Below, piece after piece: positions 47,336 through 56,398 of a DNA stretch of 64,000 nucleotides. The translations under genes were made by a program, and so were the position numbers. The stretch comes from Myxococcota bacterium (lineage in GTDB: Bacteria > Myxococcota_A > Polyangia > Polyangiales > JANWZI01): assembly GCA_025054695.1 (NCBI GenBank), contig JANWZI010000007.1, positions 333 through 64,332 of the forward strand. The letters are read 5' to 3'. Position 1 is the stretch's first letter. Each line of letters starts with the position of its first letter. Under the pieces are notes generated by a model. The model saw only the letters and a list, made by a program, of their open reading frames with translations. It was not told the DNA's origin and searched no databases.

Positions 47336-48337
47336 TCACATCCGCACGACGGCACCGCCCCACGCGATGCCCCCACCGAGCGCGCACATCGCGACGAGCG
47401 CGCCCGGTCGGATCCGGCCCTCCCGCATCGCCTCGTCGAGCGCGATGGGCACCGACGCGCTCGACGTGTTGCCGTACCGGTCGATGTTGAGATGGAAGCG
47501 CTCCCAGGGGATCCCGCAGCGTTCGGCGACGGCCGCCAGGATCCGCAGGTTGGCTTGATGCGGAACCACGTGCTCGATCTCTTCGGGCGTGACCCCCGCG
47601 CGTTCGATGGCCGTGCGCGTCGCCTGCGCGAGCGCGCGCACCGCGAACTTGAAAATCTGGCTCCCCTCCATGCGCACGAAGTGGCGCCGTGCCGCGACCG
47701 TGGCCGCGGTCGCAGGCTCGACCGACCCGCCGGCGGGGATGCAGAGCGCCGGAGCGAGCGATCCGTCGGCGTACAGCGTCGTCGACAGAATGCCGCGGCC
47801 ATCGCCCAGCGCGGGCGAGACGACGACCGCTCCGGCTCCGTCCCCGAACAGCACGCACGTCGACCGGTCGGTCCAGTCGAGCACGCGCGAAAGCAGCTCG
47901 ACGCCGACGACGAGCACGTGCCGGGCCGCCCCGCCGCGAACAAACTGGTCGGCGACGGCCAGCCCGTAGATGAAACCCGCGCACGCGGCGGACAGGTCGA
48001 AGCCCGGACAGTCGTTGCGGGCGCCGATCTTCTGCTGCACGAACATCGCCGTAGCCGGCAGCGGCATGTCCGGCGTGACGGTCGCAACGAGAATGAGGTC
48101 CAGGTCGCGCGCCGACAGCCCCGCGCTGGCCAGCGCCTCGCGCGCCGCGGCCGCGGCCATGTCGCTCGTGTGCTCGCCATCGGCCGCGATGCGCCGCTCG
48201 CGGATGCCCGTCCGCTCCACGATCCACGCGTCGGAGGTGTCCACCATCCGCTCGAGGTCGTGGTTGGTCAGCACGCGCGCCGGCAGGTAACGCCCGGTGC
48301 CCGCGATGCGGCTCATGACTGGCCGCGACGCGCTCAC
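47336..48337 (-). CDS. fabH: 3-oxoacyl-ACP synthase III
   Basis: SAACAGFIYG active Cys, PHQAN, GNTSSAS. 333 aa. Confidence 0.95.
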   Translation of the reverse strand: MSASRPVMSRIAGTGRYLPARVLTNHDLERMVDTSDAWIVERTGIRERRIAADGEHTSDMAAAAAREALASAGLSARDLDLILVATVTPDMPLPATAMFVQQKIGARNDCPGFDLSAACAGFIYGLAVADQFVRGGAARHVLVVGVELLSRVLDWTDRSTCVLFGDGAGAVVVSPALGDGRGILSTTLYADGSLAPALCIPAGGSVEPATAATVAARRHFVRMEGSQIFKFAVRALAQATRTAIERAGVTPEEIEHVVPHQANLRILAAVAERCGIPWERFHLNIDRYGNTSSASVPIALDEAMREGRIRPGALVAMCALGGGIAWGGAVVRM

Positions 48338-48343
48338 GCGCCT

Positions 48344-48535
48344 TCAGCCCTCGCCCTGCTCGCCCGACGTCACCTGCCGCCCGCGGTACTTCCCGCACGC
48401 GGGGCACGCTCGGTGGGGCACCATCATCTCGCCGCACGCGGGACAGGCCACGAGCGCGGGCGCGACGACCTTGTCGTGCTCGGAACGACGCTTGCGGGTG
48501 TTGGCCCGCGACGTCTTGCGCTTGGGGACCGCCAC
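48344..48535 (-). CDS. rpmF: 50S ribosomal protein L32
   Basis: MAVPKRKTSRANTRKRR N-terminus with a CxxC..CxxC zinc ribbon. Confidence 0.95.
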   Translation of the reverse strand: MAVPKRKTSRANTRKRRSEHDKVVAPALVACPACGEMMVPHRACPACGKYRGRQVTSGEQGEG

Positions 48536-49099
48536 TCAGCTCTCCTTCCTCGTCACGCGGGGATCCGGCACGGCGGATGACGCCGCGGACACGCCGATGC
48601 GCTCGTCGACGTCGCGAAGGCCCGGAGCCCGCACGTGCGCGGGCATCTCGATGCCGGGACAATCGGGCCGACAGAGCGGTTGCATGGGAATCTCGACCAA
48701 GATGTGCTCGCGCACGAGCGCGTCGAGGCCGATCTGCTCGCCGCGATACGTCTCCACGTCGATGTCGTCGTCGTCGCGTACCGCGCGATCGGCGCCCGCG
48801 GGAACGAAGAGCGCGATCAGGTCCGTGCGCACCGCGACCCGCGCGGGCTCGAGGCAGCGAGCGCACTCGGCGAGCACGTCCACGGCCAGACGCCCGCGCA
48901 CGAGCACCTCCGAGCCCCTGCGCTGGGCCTCCAGGTCGAGCGAACCCGGCGCGCCGGGCGACGGCTGCAGCCCGGTGCCCTCGAGCGCTTCGAGCAGGTA
49001 GGCCGATCCCACGTCGAACGCGTACGGTCGCGCGACGGGCGACAGTTCGAGCAGGTCGATCGAGAAGTGCGCCATGCCACGATCGGGCTCGAGAGCCAC
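48536..49099 (-). CDS. yceD: YceD family (DUF177) protein
   Basis: Directly upstream of rpmF. ECARCLEP and LCRPDCPG motifs. Start may be ATG 49075. Confidence 0.85.
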   Translation of the reverse strand: MALEPDRGMAHFSIDLLELSPVARPYAFDVGSAYLLEALEGTGLQPSPGAPGSLDLEAQRRGSEVLVRGRLAVDVLAECARCLEPARVAVRTDLIALFVPAGADRAVRDDDDIDVETYRGEQIGLDALVREHILVEIPMQPLCRPDCPGIEMPAHVRAPGLRDVDERIGVSAASSAVPDPRVTRKES

Positions 49100-49227
49100 G
49101 GGGCGCTCGACCGAGCGCGCTACTATGGAAACGAGCCCGCGTCTGTCAAGGAGAACCGCGCATGGCTGGCCGCCTCGATTCGCCGCCTACGTGTCAGCAC
49201 AGGGCCGACCAGAGCGCGGCGACCATC

Positions 49228-49390
49228 GTGACAGCGCCAACGGGTTGGTCGGTGGTGCGGACCGAAGCTGCGACTCCGAGCCCTGGACCGACCCCGAGTC
49301 CAAGTCCGAGCCCGAGCCCGACTCCGAGTCCGTTTCCGATTCCGAGCCCGAGCGCGTGCCCGAGTCCGAGACCGAGGCCGAGTCCAAGTC
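49228..49390. repeat. Terminal-motif variant TGACAGCGCCAA plus a 20-unit hexamer array
   Basis: TGACAGCGCCAACGGGTTGGTCGG at 49228, array at 49271-49390. An inverted TGTCA..TGACA pair lies at 49193-49233. Confidence 0.75.
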
Positions 49391-49417
49391 CCCGATGGAG
49401 GCATCGATGCGCGACGC

Positions 49418-50527
49418 TCAAAGTGCGTACGGGTAGCTCACGGTGAACGACTCCGCGGAAAACGCGGGGAAGCGCGCCTCGCGCGCCGCGCGCGCCATGC
49501 ACGAACCCTCGGGACTTCCCGCGAAACTGCCCAGCACCGTCGCGGTGCGGACGCGGCCACTGGATCCGATGACGAAGCGGATCTCGACGAGACCGCCGCG
49601 GCCGGACGCGCAGGCCGCGATGGCGGACCGCACCGATTCGGCCGCGTCGCGGACGTGCTGGCGGTCGGGCACCTCGGGCAGCGAAGCGGCAGCCTGCGCT
49701 TCCGCGCCGCCAACGATGTCCGCGCCCGGCTCTCCCGCGGTTCCCTGCGGCGGCTCCGCCGAGGAGGAAGCCCGCGCGGAGTCCGCCTCGGACGCAGGGC
49801 CGGCGGTCGGCGACGCTTCGAGACCCGACGGTCCGTCGGAAGCGCCGGAACGCGCGCGGCCGTCGCCCGCAGACGCCGGAACCCGAGGGCCGCCGATCGT
49901 GGTCGAATCGCCTCGGGAGGGAGAATCGAACGCCGCCGTCGCGAGCGCGCCGCGAACCTGCGCCGACGTGCCCGGGCCCTCGTCGATTCGTCGCGACTCG
50001 TCGGGTCCTCGCGCGGCGCTTCGGGGACGCGCCGCGTGTACGCCGACCGTTTCGTCGCGACCCGCCGGCATGTCGGCAACGCCGCGTGCCTCGATCGATC
50101 CAGGCGACGGCTCGTCGAGTCGCAGCGGCGCGGGGCGGGATGGCGTCACGGACGCAAGCCCGACGTCCCCGAGGGGATCCGTCACCGCGGTGGAACCGTC
50201 GCGCACCGAACGGAGCAACCACGCACACGCCGCCCCCGACGCGACGGCCGCGACGGCCGCGATCGCGCGAGCCGCGAGGCCCGGACGAGCACGTCGCGGC
50301 GCGCCGCCCGCCGCGACGCCGTGCGGGGGCGCCGATGGTCGCGCAGGACGCACCGCTCCGGCGGGATCGGTGCCGGTGGACGCAGCCCCTGCGAAGGCGA
50401 CGTCTCTCTCGATGGATCCGAAGCTGATGCGCTCCGGCTCGTCGGTCTCTGGAACGGCCATGTCGGTCAGGTCGGCGATCTCGCTCGGCGCGATGGCCGC
50501 CGGCGCCTTCGGACGCTTCTCGTCCAT
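49418..50527 (-). CDS. TonB C-terminal-like (AgmX/PglI-type) membrane protein with long disordered linker
   Basis: TM helix AIAAVAAVASGAACAWLL, a Pro/Ala/Gly/Ser-rich linker, and a C-terminal domain of about 80 aa (VRSAIAACASG..VEIRFVIGSSGRV..GSCMARAAREARFPAF). Confidence 0.6.
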   Translation of the reverse strand: MDEKRPKAPAAIAPSEIADLTDMAVPETDEPERISFGSIERDVAFAGAASTGTDPAGAVRPARPSAPPHGVAAGGAPRRARPGLAARAIAAVAAVASGAACAWLLRSVRDGSTAVTDPLGDVGLASVTPSRPAPLRLDEPSPGSIEARGVADMPAGRDETVGVHAARPRSAARGPDESRRIDEGPGTSAQVRGALATAAFDSPSRGDSTTIGGPRVPASAGDGRARSGASDGPSGLEASPTAGPASEADSARASSSAEPPQGTAGEPGADIVGGAEAQAAASLPEVPDRQHVRDAAESVRSAIAACASGRGGLVEIRFVIGSSGRVRTATVLGSFAGSPEGSCMARAAREARFPAFSAESFTVSYPYAL

Positions 50528-50825
50528 TTCGGACTCCCCCGTTCAGTCGTGCTGTAAAGTGACGGGCGGTGTGGTAGCATTGGATGCGGGGTCCGCCACG
50601 CGATGGCCCAAGGCGAGCTCCCGCGCAGACGGCGACCAACCAGCATTTGGAGCGGGGCTCGGGGCGCCAATCGACGCCGGTTGAAGTCAAGGTTGGGAAG
50701 CGAATCGGAGTCGAAGACCGACCTTGCCAATCGAGCCATTCGACCGCGCTGGCGCGGCCCCGAACCGCGGTGGCCTGCGTTCGTACGCGTCGCGTGCTAA
50801 GGAGTTTTGGGGCGCATCTCTTGAG

Positions 50826-50845
50826 GGGACGGTGCGTACCGTCCC
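50826..50845 (+). other. Perfect 8-bp hairpin in the 5 prime leader of the TPR gene
   Basis: GGGACGGT-GCGT-ACCGTCCC, ending 35 nt upstream of ATG 50881. Confidence 0.3.
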
Positions 50846-50880
50846 GAGCATCCCCCGATTGCCGACCGAGGTCCAATCCA

Positions 50881-52218
50881 ATGCCCAGGCTCGCCGTCGT
50901 TCGTCCGTGGGTCGCGATCGCGCTCGCCGTCGGTCCCCTTGGGTCCAGCGCCGCGGCCCAGCAGACCCGGATCGCGGCGCTCGAGGCGGCGGCGCGCAAC
51001 GCGCCGGCGGACGCCGACGCGCACGCCGCGCTCGGCCACGCCTATCTGCGGGCCGGTCGACTGCGTGAGGCGCGCGCGGCGCTGCAGCGCGCCGCGAGCC
51101 TGCGCCGACAGGCGCCCGAGGCCGTCTTCGACGTGGCGCGGGTCGCATTCGCCTCCGGCGACTATCGTGCCTCGCGCAATGCCTGCAGACCCCTCGAGCG
51201 GGCGGGTCGCGACGCACCGCTCGCGCGCGTCTGTCGCGCCCGCGCGTTCCTCGTCTGGAATCGAAGCGCGCGCGCGTTCGAGGAGCTCGAGGCGGTCCTC
51301 GCCGCCGATCCGCAGAACCTCGAGGCCCTGCTCGCGCTGGGCGACGCGCACCGGATCCGGGCCGACGTCGCCGCCGCCGAGGACGCCTACCGACGCGCTG
51401 CGGCCATCGCGCCGCAGCGCGCCGATCCGCGGCTCGGGCTTGGGCGTCTGTACGCAGCGGCCGGACGGCGCGAGGAAGCGATTCGAGAGTTGCGTGGGGC
51501 GCTCTCGCTCGATCCCGAACATCCCGAAATCCAGTACGAGCTCGGTCGCCTTCTCGGCGAAGGGGAAGAAGCGCGTGCCCTGCTGCGCGCAGCGGTCTCC
51601 GGACGACCGGCCTGGGCGGAGGCGCAGGTGGCGCTTGGCCAGCAGCTTCTGCTTTCGGGCGATACCGACGGAGCCGAGCGTGCATTCACCGAGGCCATCC
51701 AATTGCAACCCACGTTCGCGGAAGCCCATCTCGGTTTGGCACGCGTCCACATCGCCCGCGGCGCGCCGGACGCCGCGGAGGCGAGCCTGCAGCGCGCGAC
51801 CGAGCTCGTCCCGAACTCGCCCGGAAACGCGCGCGCGGCCGCAGAGCTCGCCCTGGCGCGCGGACGGATCGAAGAAGCCCTCGAGCACCTGCGCCGCGCG
51901 GCCGACCTGGATCCGCGCGACCCCGGCCCGCTGCTCGAGGCAGCGCGACTTGCGTTGCGGCACGGCCGCGACGTGCTCGCGGCCGGATTCCTCGACCGCG
52001 TGCTGCAGGCGCACCCGGATCGCGCCGAGGCGCTCGCCCTGTACGGCGACGTGATGGTCGTCCGACGCGATGTGGTCGCGGCACGCGGCTACTACGAGCG
52101 CGCTCTGCGAGGAGCGGGCCCGCTCGACCGCGCGCGCGTGCAGACGGCACTTCAGCAGCTTCCCGCTCAGGCTCCGCGACGCGAGCGACCGCCCGAGCTC
52201 GCGACAGTTCCGCGCTGA
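50881..52218 (+). CDS. Secreted TPR repeat protein
   Basis: Internal ATG (MPRLAVVRPWVAIALAVGPLGSSAAAQ) of track ORF 50584..52218. At least 8 TPR-like units. Confidence 0.8.
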   Translation: MPRLAVVRPWVAIALAVGPLGSSAAAQQTRIAALEAAARNAPADADAHAALGHAYLRAGRLREARAALQRAASLRRQAPEAVFDVARVAFASGDYRASRNACRPLERAGRDAPLARVCRARAFLVWNRSARAFEELEAVLAADPQNLEALLALGDAHRIRADVAAAEDAYRRAAAIAPQRADPRLGLGRLYAAAGRREEAIRELRGALSLDPEHPEIQYELGRLLGEGEEARALLRAAVSGRPAWAEAQVALGQQLLLSGDTDGAERAFTEAIQLQPTFAEAHLGLARVHIARGAPDAAEASLQRATELVPNSPGNARAAAELALARGRIEEALEHLRRAADLDPRDPGPLLEAARLALRHGRDVLAAGFLDRVLQAHPDRAEALALYGDVMVVRRDVVAARGYYERALRGAGPLDRARVQTALQQLPAQAPRRERPPELATVPR

Positions 52219-52228
52219 CGCCCGCGCC

Positions 52229-52963
52229 GTGAGATTGCCGCGCCCCGGGCCGACCGGCGTCGCCTTGTTCGCCGTCGCCGTCGCGGCCGCGGGTGCCTGG
52301 GGCGTATGGGCATGGCACGAGCGATCGACACGCGACCGAGCCGAGCGACGTGCCGCCGCCGAACGCGAAGCCGCCGAGCGACGCAACCGCGAGCGCCTCG
52401 ATGCCGTGCGCCGCGAGTCGGCCACGCTCGTGCCCGAACCGCTGCGTGGGCTCGCGCTCGCGCAGACCGAGGACGAGGCACGATCCGTGCTGCCCGCGTT
52501 GCGACCGGCCGACGTGGAGTCGGAGCCGGACCGGCGATGGCTCGAATCCAGCCTGCCGAACGGATCGCGGATTCTGCTGGGCTTCGACCGGCAGAGCGGT
52601 CGCCTCGCCCAGATCCAGGTGCTGTCCCTGCTCCCCGCGCCCGAGGCCCTCGCCGCGCATCTCGCGGCGATGATCGAGCGCTACGGCCGACCCACGGGAG
52701 TCTGGACGTGCCCCGATCCGAACGTGCCGACGCGCCGGTTCACGTGGCGACGCGCGCACGTCGCGATCATGGACGCGGTGCTCGCGTACGACGATCGCAT
52801 CAGCGTCACCTTCTACCTGGCCGACGACGAGACCATCGGGCGCTCGCTGAGGCGCTCGGACTGCCGTCCGTTACGAGCCAGCGAGGATCCGGCACTTCTG
52901 CCCGTCACGACGCGAGAGGCGCTCCGACGCCACCGCGAGATGCGAGATGCGCCACGACCGTGA
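52229..52963 (+). CDS. Hypothetical membrane-anchored protein
   Basis: GTG start. TM helix GVALFAVAVAAAGAWGVWAW, a charged coiled segment, and a globular C-domain. Confidence 0.55.
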   Translation: MRLPRPGPTGVALFAVAVAAAGAWGVWAWHERSTRDRAERRAAAEREAAERRNRERLDAVRRESATLVPEPLRGLALAQTEDEARSVLPALRPADVESEPDRRWLESSLPNGSRILLGFDRQSGRLAQIQVLSLLPAPEALAAHLAAMIERYGRPTGVWTCPDPNVPTRRFTWRRAHVAIMDAVLAYDDRISVTFYLADDETIGRSLRRSDCRPLRASEDPALLPVTTREALRRHREMRDAPRP

Positions 52964-53085
52964 GTGCATCCCACCCGAACGGCCCCGCGCGCGGTCGCGG
53001 CACGCGCGTCGTGACCCCATCCCCGGCATGGCGTAGAACCGCGGGGCCCGTGCAGACCGAAGAGCCGAACGTCTCCGGCGCCGTC

Positions 53086-53607
53086 GTGCTCGACCAGACC
53101 CGTGTGATGGAAGAAATCGCGGGCCGCGACGCCGTCGCGCGCGCGCTCGGGCGCCTGCCCCGTGAGGCGCAGGAGCACTACGCATCGCTGACCCCCGCGG
53201 GCAAGATTCCCGCGCCCTGGGCACGTCAGCACATCATCGAAGTCGCGCGCGAGCTCGACGTCTCGCCGAGCAGTTTGCAGGCGCAGGTCGTCCGCCGCGG
53301 AGTCGAGCGGACGCTACGCGGACCGTGGCGACTGCTGCTGCGGTTCACGAGCGACGAGGCGCTCGTCGCGCGCACGCCCTTGCTGTATCGACAGGCCTAC
53401 GATCGAGGGAGGCTGACGGCGCGCATCACCGCTCCAGGGCGCGCCGAGCTCGAAGTCGAGGGCTGGGACCGCATCCCTCGCCTCGAGCTGGAGGGGCTCG
53501 CCTGCGCCATCGAGACCGTCCTGCGATGCGCCGGCCGACCCGACGTCCAGGTCGTCATCGAGGAGCGCCCGCGCGGTGCGTTCTTCGTCGCCACGTGGAG
53601 GCGCTGA
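53086..53607 (+). CDS. Hypothetical protein resembling the myxobacterial TIGR02265 (DUF2378) paralogous family
   Basis: C-terminal 173 codons of track ORF 52306..53607. Size and sequence style fit the family. This is a recollection-based call. Confidence 0.5.
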   Translation: MLDQTRVMEEIAGRDAVARALGRLPREAQEHYASLTPAGKIPAPWARQHIIEVARELDVSPSSLQAQVVRRGVERTLRGPWRLLLRFTSDEALVARTPLLYRQAYDRGRLTARITAPGRAELEVEGWDRIPRLELEGLACAIETVLRCAGRPDVQVVIEERPRGAFFVATWRR

Positions 53608-53721
53608 CCGTCTCTGCCGAGGGGACTGCCCTCAGCGACACGGAGCTCGACCGCGCCCCGACTCGGAGCCGCAGCGCGGGCCTGCCATCCCCCCGCGGAT
53701 CGACCCACGAGCCCGACGCGG

Positions 53722-54606
53722 TCAGCGTCTGCGCGCGAGCCGTCCGCGACGCGACGAGGCCCTCGCCTTCGAGCGCACCGGAGCCGCGCTGAGCTCCGGC
53801 TCCGGGCGCGCCGGCGCGATCGGAGCGGCCGCGCCCCCGATCACGTTGCCTTGCTCGTCGAAGACGAGATCCACCGCCGGTGCTGGGGTGACTGGAGCAG
53901 TCGGCATCGTCAATCCCCGACGAGCGTCGACCGGAACGCGGGTTACGATCAGGGAGCCGATGCCTCGCTGCTGAATCGACGCGGCACCCGCACTCCGCGC
54001 GGCGACGGCGAGCAGCCCGCCACCCAGTCCGAGCACGACGAGCATCGCCGCGGCACCAAAGAGCCATCGGGCGCTCGCCGGTCGATCGCCACGAAGGAGA
54101 CATGCGATGCGAGCTGCAGCGCGAACGGCCGCATCCCGTGCTGGCCCTCGCAGCCATCCCGATGACCGGGCCGCCAGCGTCCGCACCTGCGGTTCAAGCC
54201 GAAGCCCGATGGCTCGAGCGTGGTCGACGATCGCGGCGAGCACGCGATCGCACGCGGTGCGCGTGCGATCGAGCAGCGACCGCGCACCGCGCGCCCACGC
54301 AGGTTCCGGAAGCCGCAGTCCCGCAGTCAACGCGATTTCGGACGCATCGTACGTCCCCGTCTCGTCCGCTCCACGACTGCCTTCGATTCCCGGATCCTCG
54401 GCATCCTCGGAACGGTACAAACGCGCGCCGGACAACGAGACATGCTCGTATCGCATCGCATCGGCGAGGCTGGCAACTTCGTCCCGGCTGGCCGGAACCA
54501 TGTCCAGGAGGCGGATCTCGCGAGTCGGCTCGGACAGCACCCGGAGCTGACCGTCCTCGATGTACCAGCGCTGCGTCAGCGACTTGCGGGCGTTCATACC
54601 CGGCAC
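53722..54606 (-). CDS. Hypothetical membrane protein
   Basis: 294-aa ORF with one TM helix (WLFGAAAMLVVLGLGGGLLAVAA). GC3 is visibly lower than in neighbours. Confidence 0.5.
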   Translation of the reverse strand: MPGMNARKSLTQRWYIEDGQLRVLSEPTREIRLLDMVPASRDEVASLADAMRYEHVSLSGARLYRSEDAEDPGIEGSRGADETGTYDASEIALTAGLRLPEPAWARGARSLLDRTRTACDRVLAAIVDHARAIGLRLEPQVRTLAARSSGWLRGPARDAAVRAAARIACLLRGDRPASARWLFGAAAMLVVLGLGGGLLAVAARSAGAASIQQRGIGSLIVTRVPVDARRGLTMPTAPVTPAPAVDLVFDEQGNVIGGAAAPIAPARPEPELSAAPVRSKARASSRRGRLARRR

Positions 54607-55580
54607 GTCGATGCAGCCGCCATGCCTCCGAAAAAGCGTGTGATGATGGGATACGTCGTGCCGTCATCGATGGGTTGGAGCATCGATCGCTCCGGATGCG
54701 GGACGATTGCCCCCCGCCGCCGTCCCACCCCGATCCAGAACAGGACGAGCACGAGCACCGCGGACAGACGGCGAGCGCCGGGCCTTCCCCTCGCGAACGG
54801 CAGGACGGCGCAACCGGCGAAGAACGGTGGCCGTAGCGTCGTCGTGCAGGCCGGAGCCGTCGTCGGGCTCCACTGACCGGACGCATCGAGCGCCGCGGCG
54901 ACGAAGCAGACACGCCCGAGAGCCTCTTCGCGAGGAAGGGATACGCGCACATTCGACGCCACCGGTCGCGCGACGTCGAGCAGACGCGGGGTGCCGTCGC
55001 GCCGAACCCCGGGCCCGTCGGTCGCGAACACGTACACCTCGAGCAGGCCCGGTGTCTCGTCGTGCAGACCCGACAACGTCAGGTCGAACTCGTAACGCTC
55101 CACGCGATCCCGCACGCAGGGGTCGGGCGTGCGGCGCACGTCCCAGCGGACCGCGTCGATCGCGTCGAGCGAGGGGGGGCCGTCCGATCCGAGATCGGCA
55201 ACCACGAACGAGACGGCCTGCCCCGTTCCACGCTCGATGCCCCCGCGCGCTCGAAGCCCGGGCCACCACAGCGTGTGGAGACGACCCGCCGCGAGGGGGG
55301 CGCGCGCGTACAGCGTAGACTCGGCTGCATCGAACCACGCCTCGATCGCGGTCGGGCGTTCCGCATCCACGGCGATCCGGACCGGTTCCCCCTCGTGGCG
55401 CGCCGGGGGCTCGTAGCGCGCGCGCAGCAGCGTCGTCGTCGGCACGTGCGCCTCGCCCGACGCGGGGATCGACTGACGCACGGCGGGCGCCGCGCACTGG
55501 GCCCTGGCGCGGGGCGATCGCACGCCTCCCGCAGGCGTCGGCGCGATGCCGACGATCAGCGCAGCGATCACGAGCCGCAC
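54594..55580 (-). CDS. Secreted Ig-like domain protein with MYXO-CTERM-like segment
   Basis: GTG start (VRLVIAALIVGIAPTPAGG). Near the C-terminus, FFAGCAV..RLSAVLVLVLFWIGVGRRRG resembles the MYXO-CTERM sorting signal but is followed by 38 more codons. Confidence 0.55.
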   Translation of the reverse strand: MRLVIAALIVGIAPTPAGGVRSPRARAQCAAPAVRQSIPASGEAHVPTTTLLRARYEPPARHEGEPVRIAVDAERPTAIEAWFDAAESTLYARAPLAAGRLHTLWWPGLRARGGIERGTGQAVSFVVADLGSDGPPSLDAIDAVRWDVRRTPDPCVRDRVERYEFDLTLSGLHDETPGLLEVYVFATDGPGVRRDGTPRLLDVARPVASNVRVSLPREEALGRVCFVAAALDASGQWSPTTAPACTTTLRPPFFAGCAVLPFARGRPGARRLSAVLVLVLFWIGVGRRRGAIVPHPERSMLQPIDDGTTYPIITRFFGGMAAASTCRV

Positions 55581-56200
55581 GTGACCCCGTCGCACGCTCC
55601 GATCGACTCGCCTCGGTCGCCGTCGGCGTCGAGGTCGAACCGATCGTGGCAGCAACCACCGGTCTCGATGCAACAGCGCTGGAGCTCGGGCGAGTCGCGG
55701 TGCTCGAAGGCGACGTCGATGCAGCGCTCGGGAATCTCCTCGCGATCGATCTCGCGGCATCGGCCGAACGAGCGCCCGTCGGCCGCGCACGTCTGCCGTC
55801 CCCAGTAGTAACAATACGAGAGAAAGCAGACGCGCTCCGAGCCGGGCTCGCACAACCTGCACGCAACCGCGCACGCGGACATGCGTCCGGCGACGCACAG
55901 GCGCAGACCCCCCCCGGGGCACGGCTCCGGCGGCAGCTCGTCGACGCGCCCGTCGCAGTCGTCGTCCCGTCCGTTGCACGTCTCGGGCGCCGGCACGCAT
56001 CGCGCGGCCGGGCCATCCGCCTCAGTCCCATCGAGGGGAGCGTCCAGGCCGACGTCCGTGGCGCCCGGCGCCGCGTCGGCGTGCGGCCCGTGCGGTGGGA
56101 CCTCGGCGCGTCGCGCCGAGCGCAGCGGCGAGCGGCCACACGCCACGGTGGTGAGCGAAACGAGCAGAGCGGCGAGCCCTCGTAGGCCGGCGACCCGCAT
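55568..56200 (-). CDS. Cys-rich lipoprotein with MopE-type putative metal-binding motif
   Basis: Lipobox LVSLTTVACG. Motif CNGRDDDCDGRVDE. About 24 Cys in 210 aa. Confidence 0.7.
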   Translation of the reverse strand: MRVAGLRGLAALLVSLTTVACGRSPLRSARRAEVPPHGPHADAAPGATDVGLDAPLDGTEADGPAARCVPAPETCNGRDDDCDGRVDELPPEPCPGGGLRLCVAGRMSACAVACRLCEPGSERVCFLSYCYYWGRQTCAADGRSFGRCREIDREEIPERCIDVAFEHRDSPELQRCCIETGGCCHDRFDLDADGDRGESIGACDGVTCGS

Positions 56201-56398
56201 CCTGTCTCGAGTGTAGCGCCATGCGACGCGAGGCTCCGTCCCCGGCGCCGTGCCGATCCCCGCCGGGCGCCGCCACCCGGTGCAGACGTGGATCGATGGC
56301 GCAGATCGGTTGCGATGCTCGGAGCGCGGCTTCGACTCCCACGTCGATCCCGCCGCTCGGCCGAGAAGGCCTCGAGGGTGCTGCGCGACGCCCGCCCG

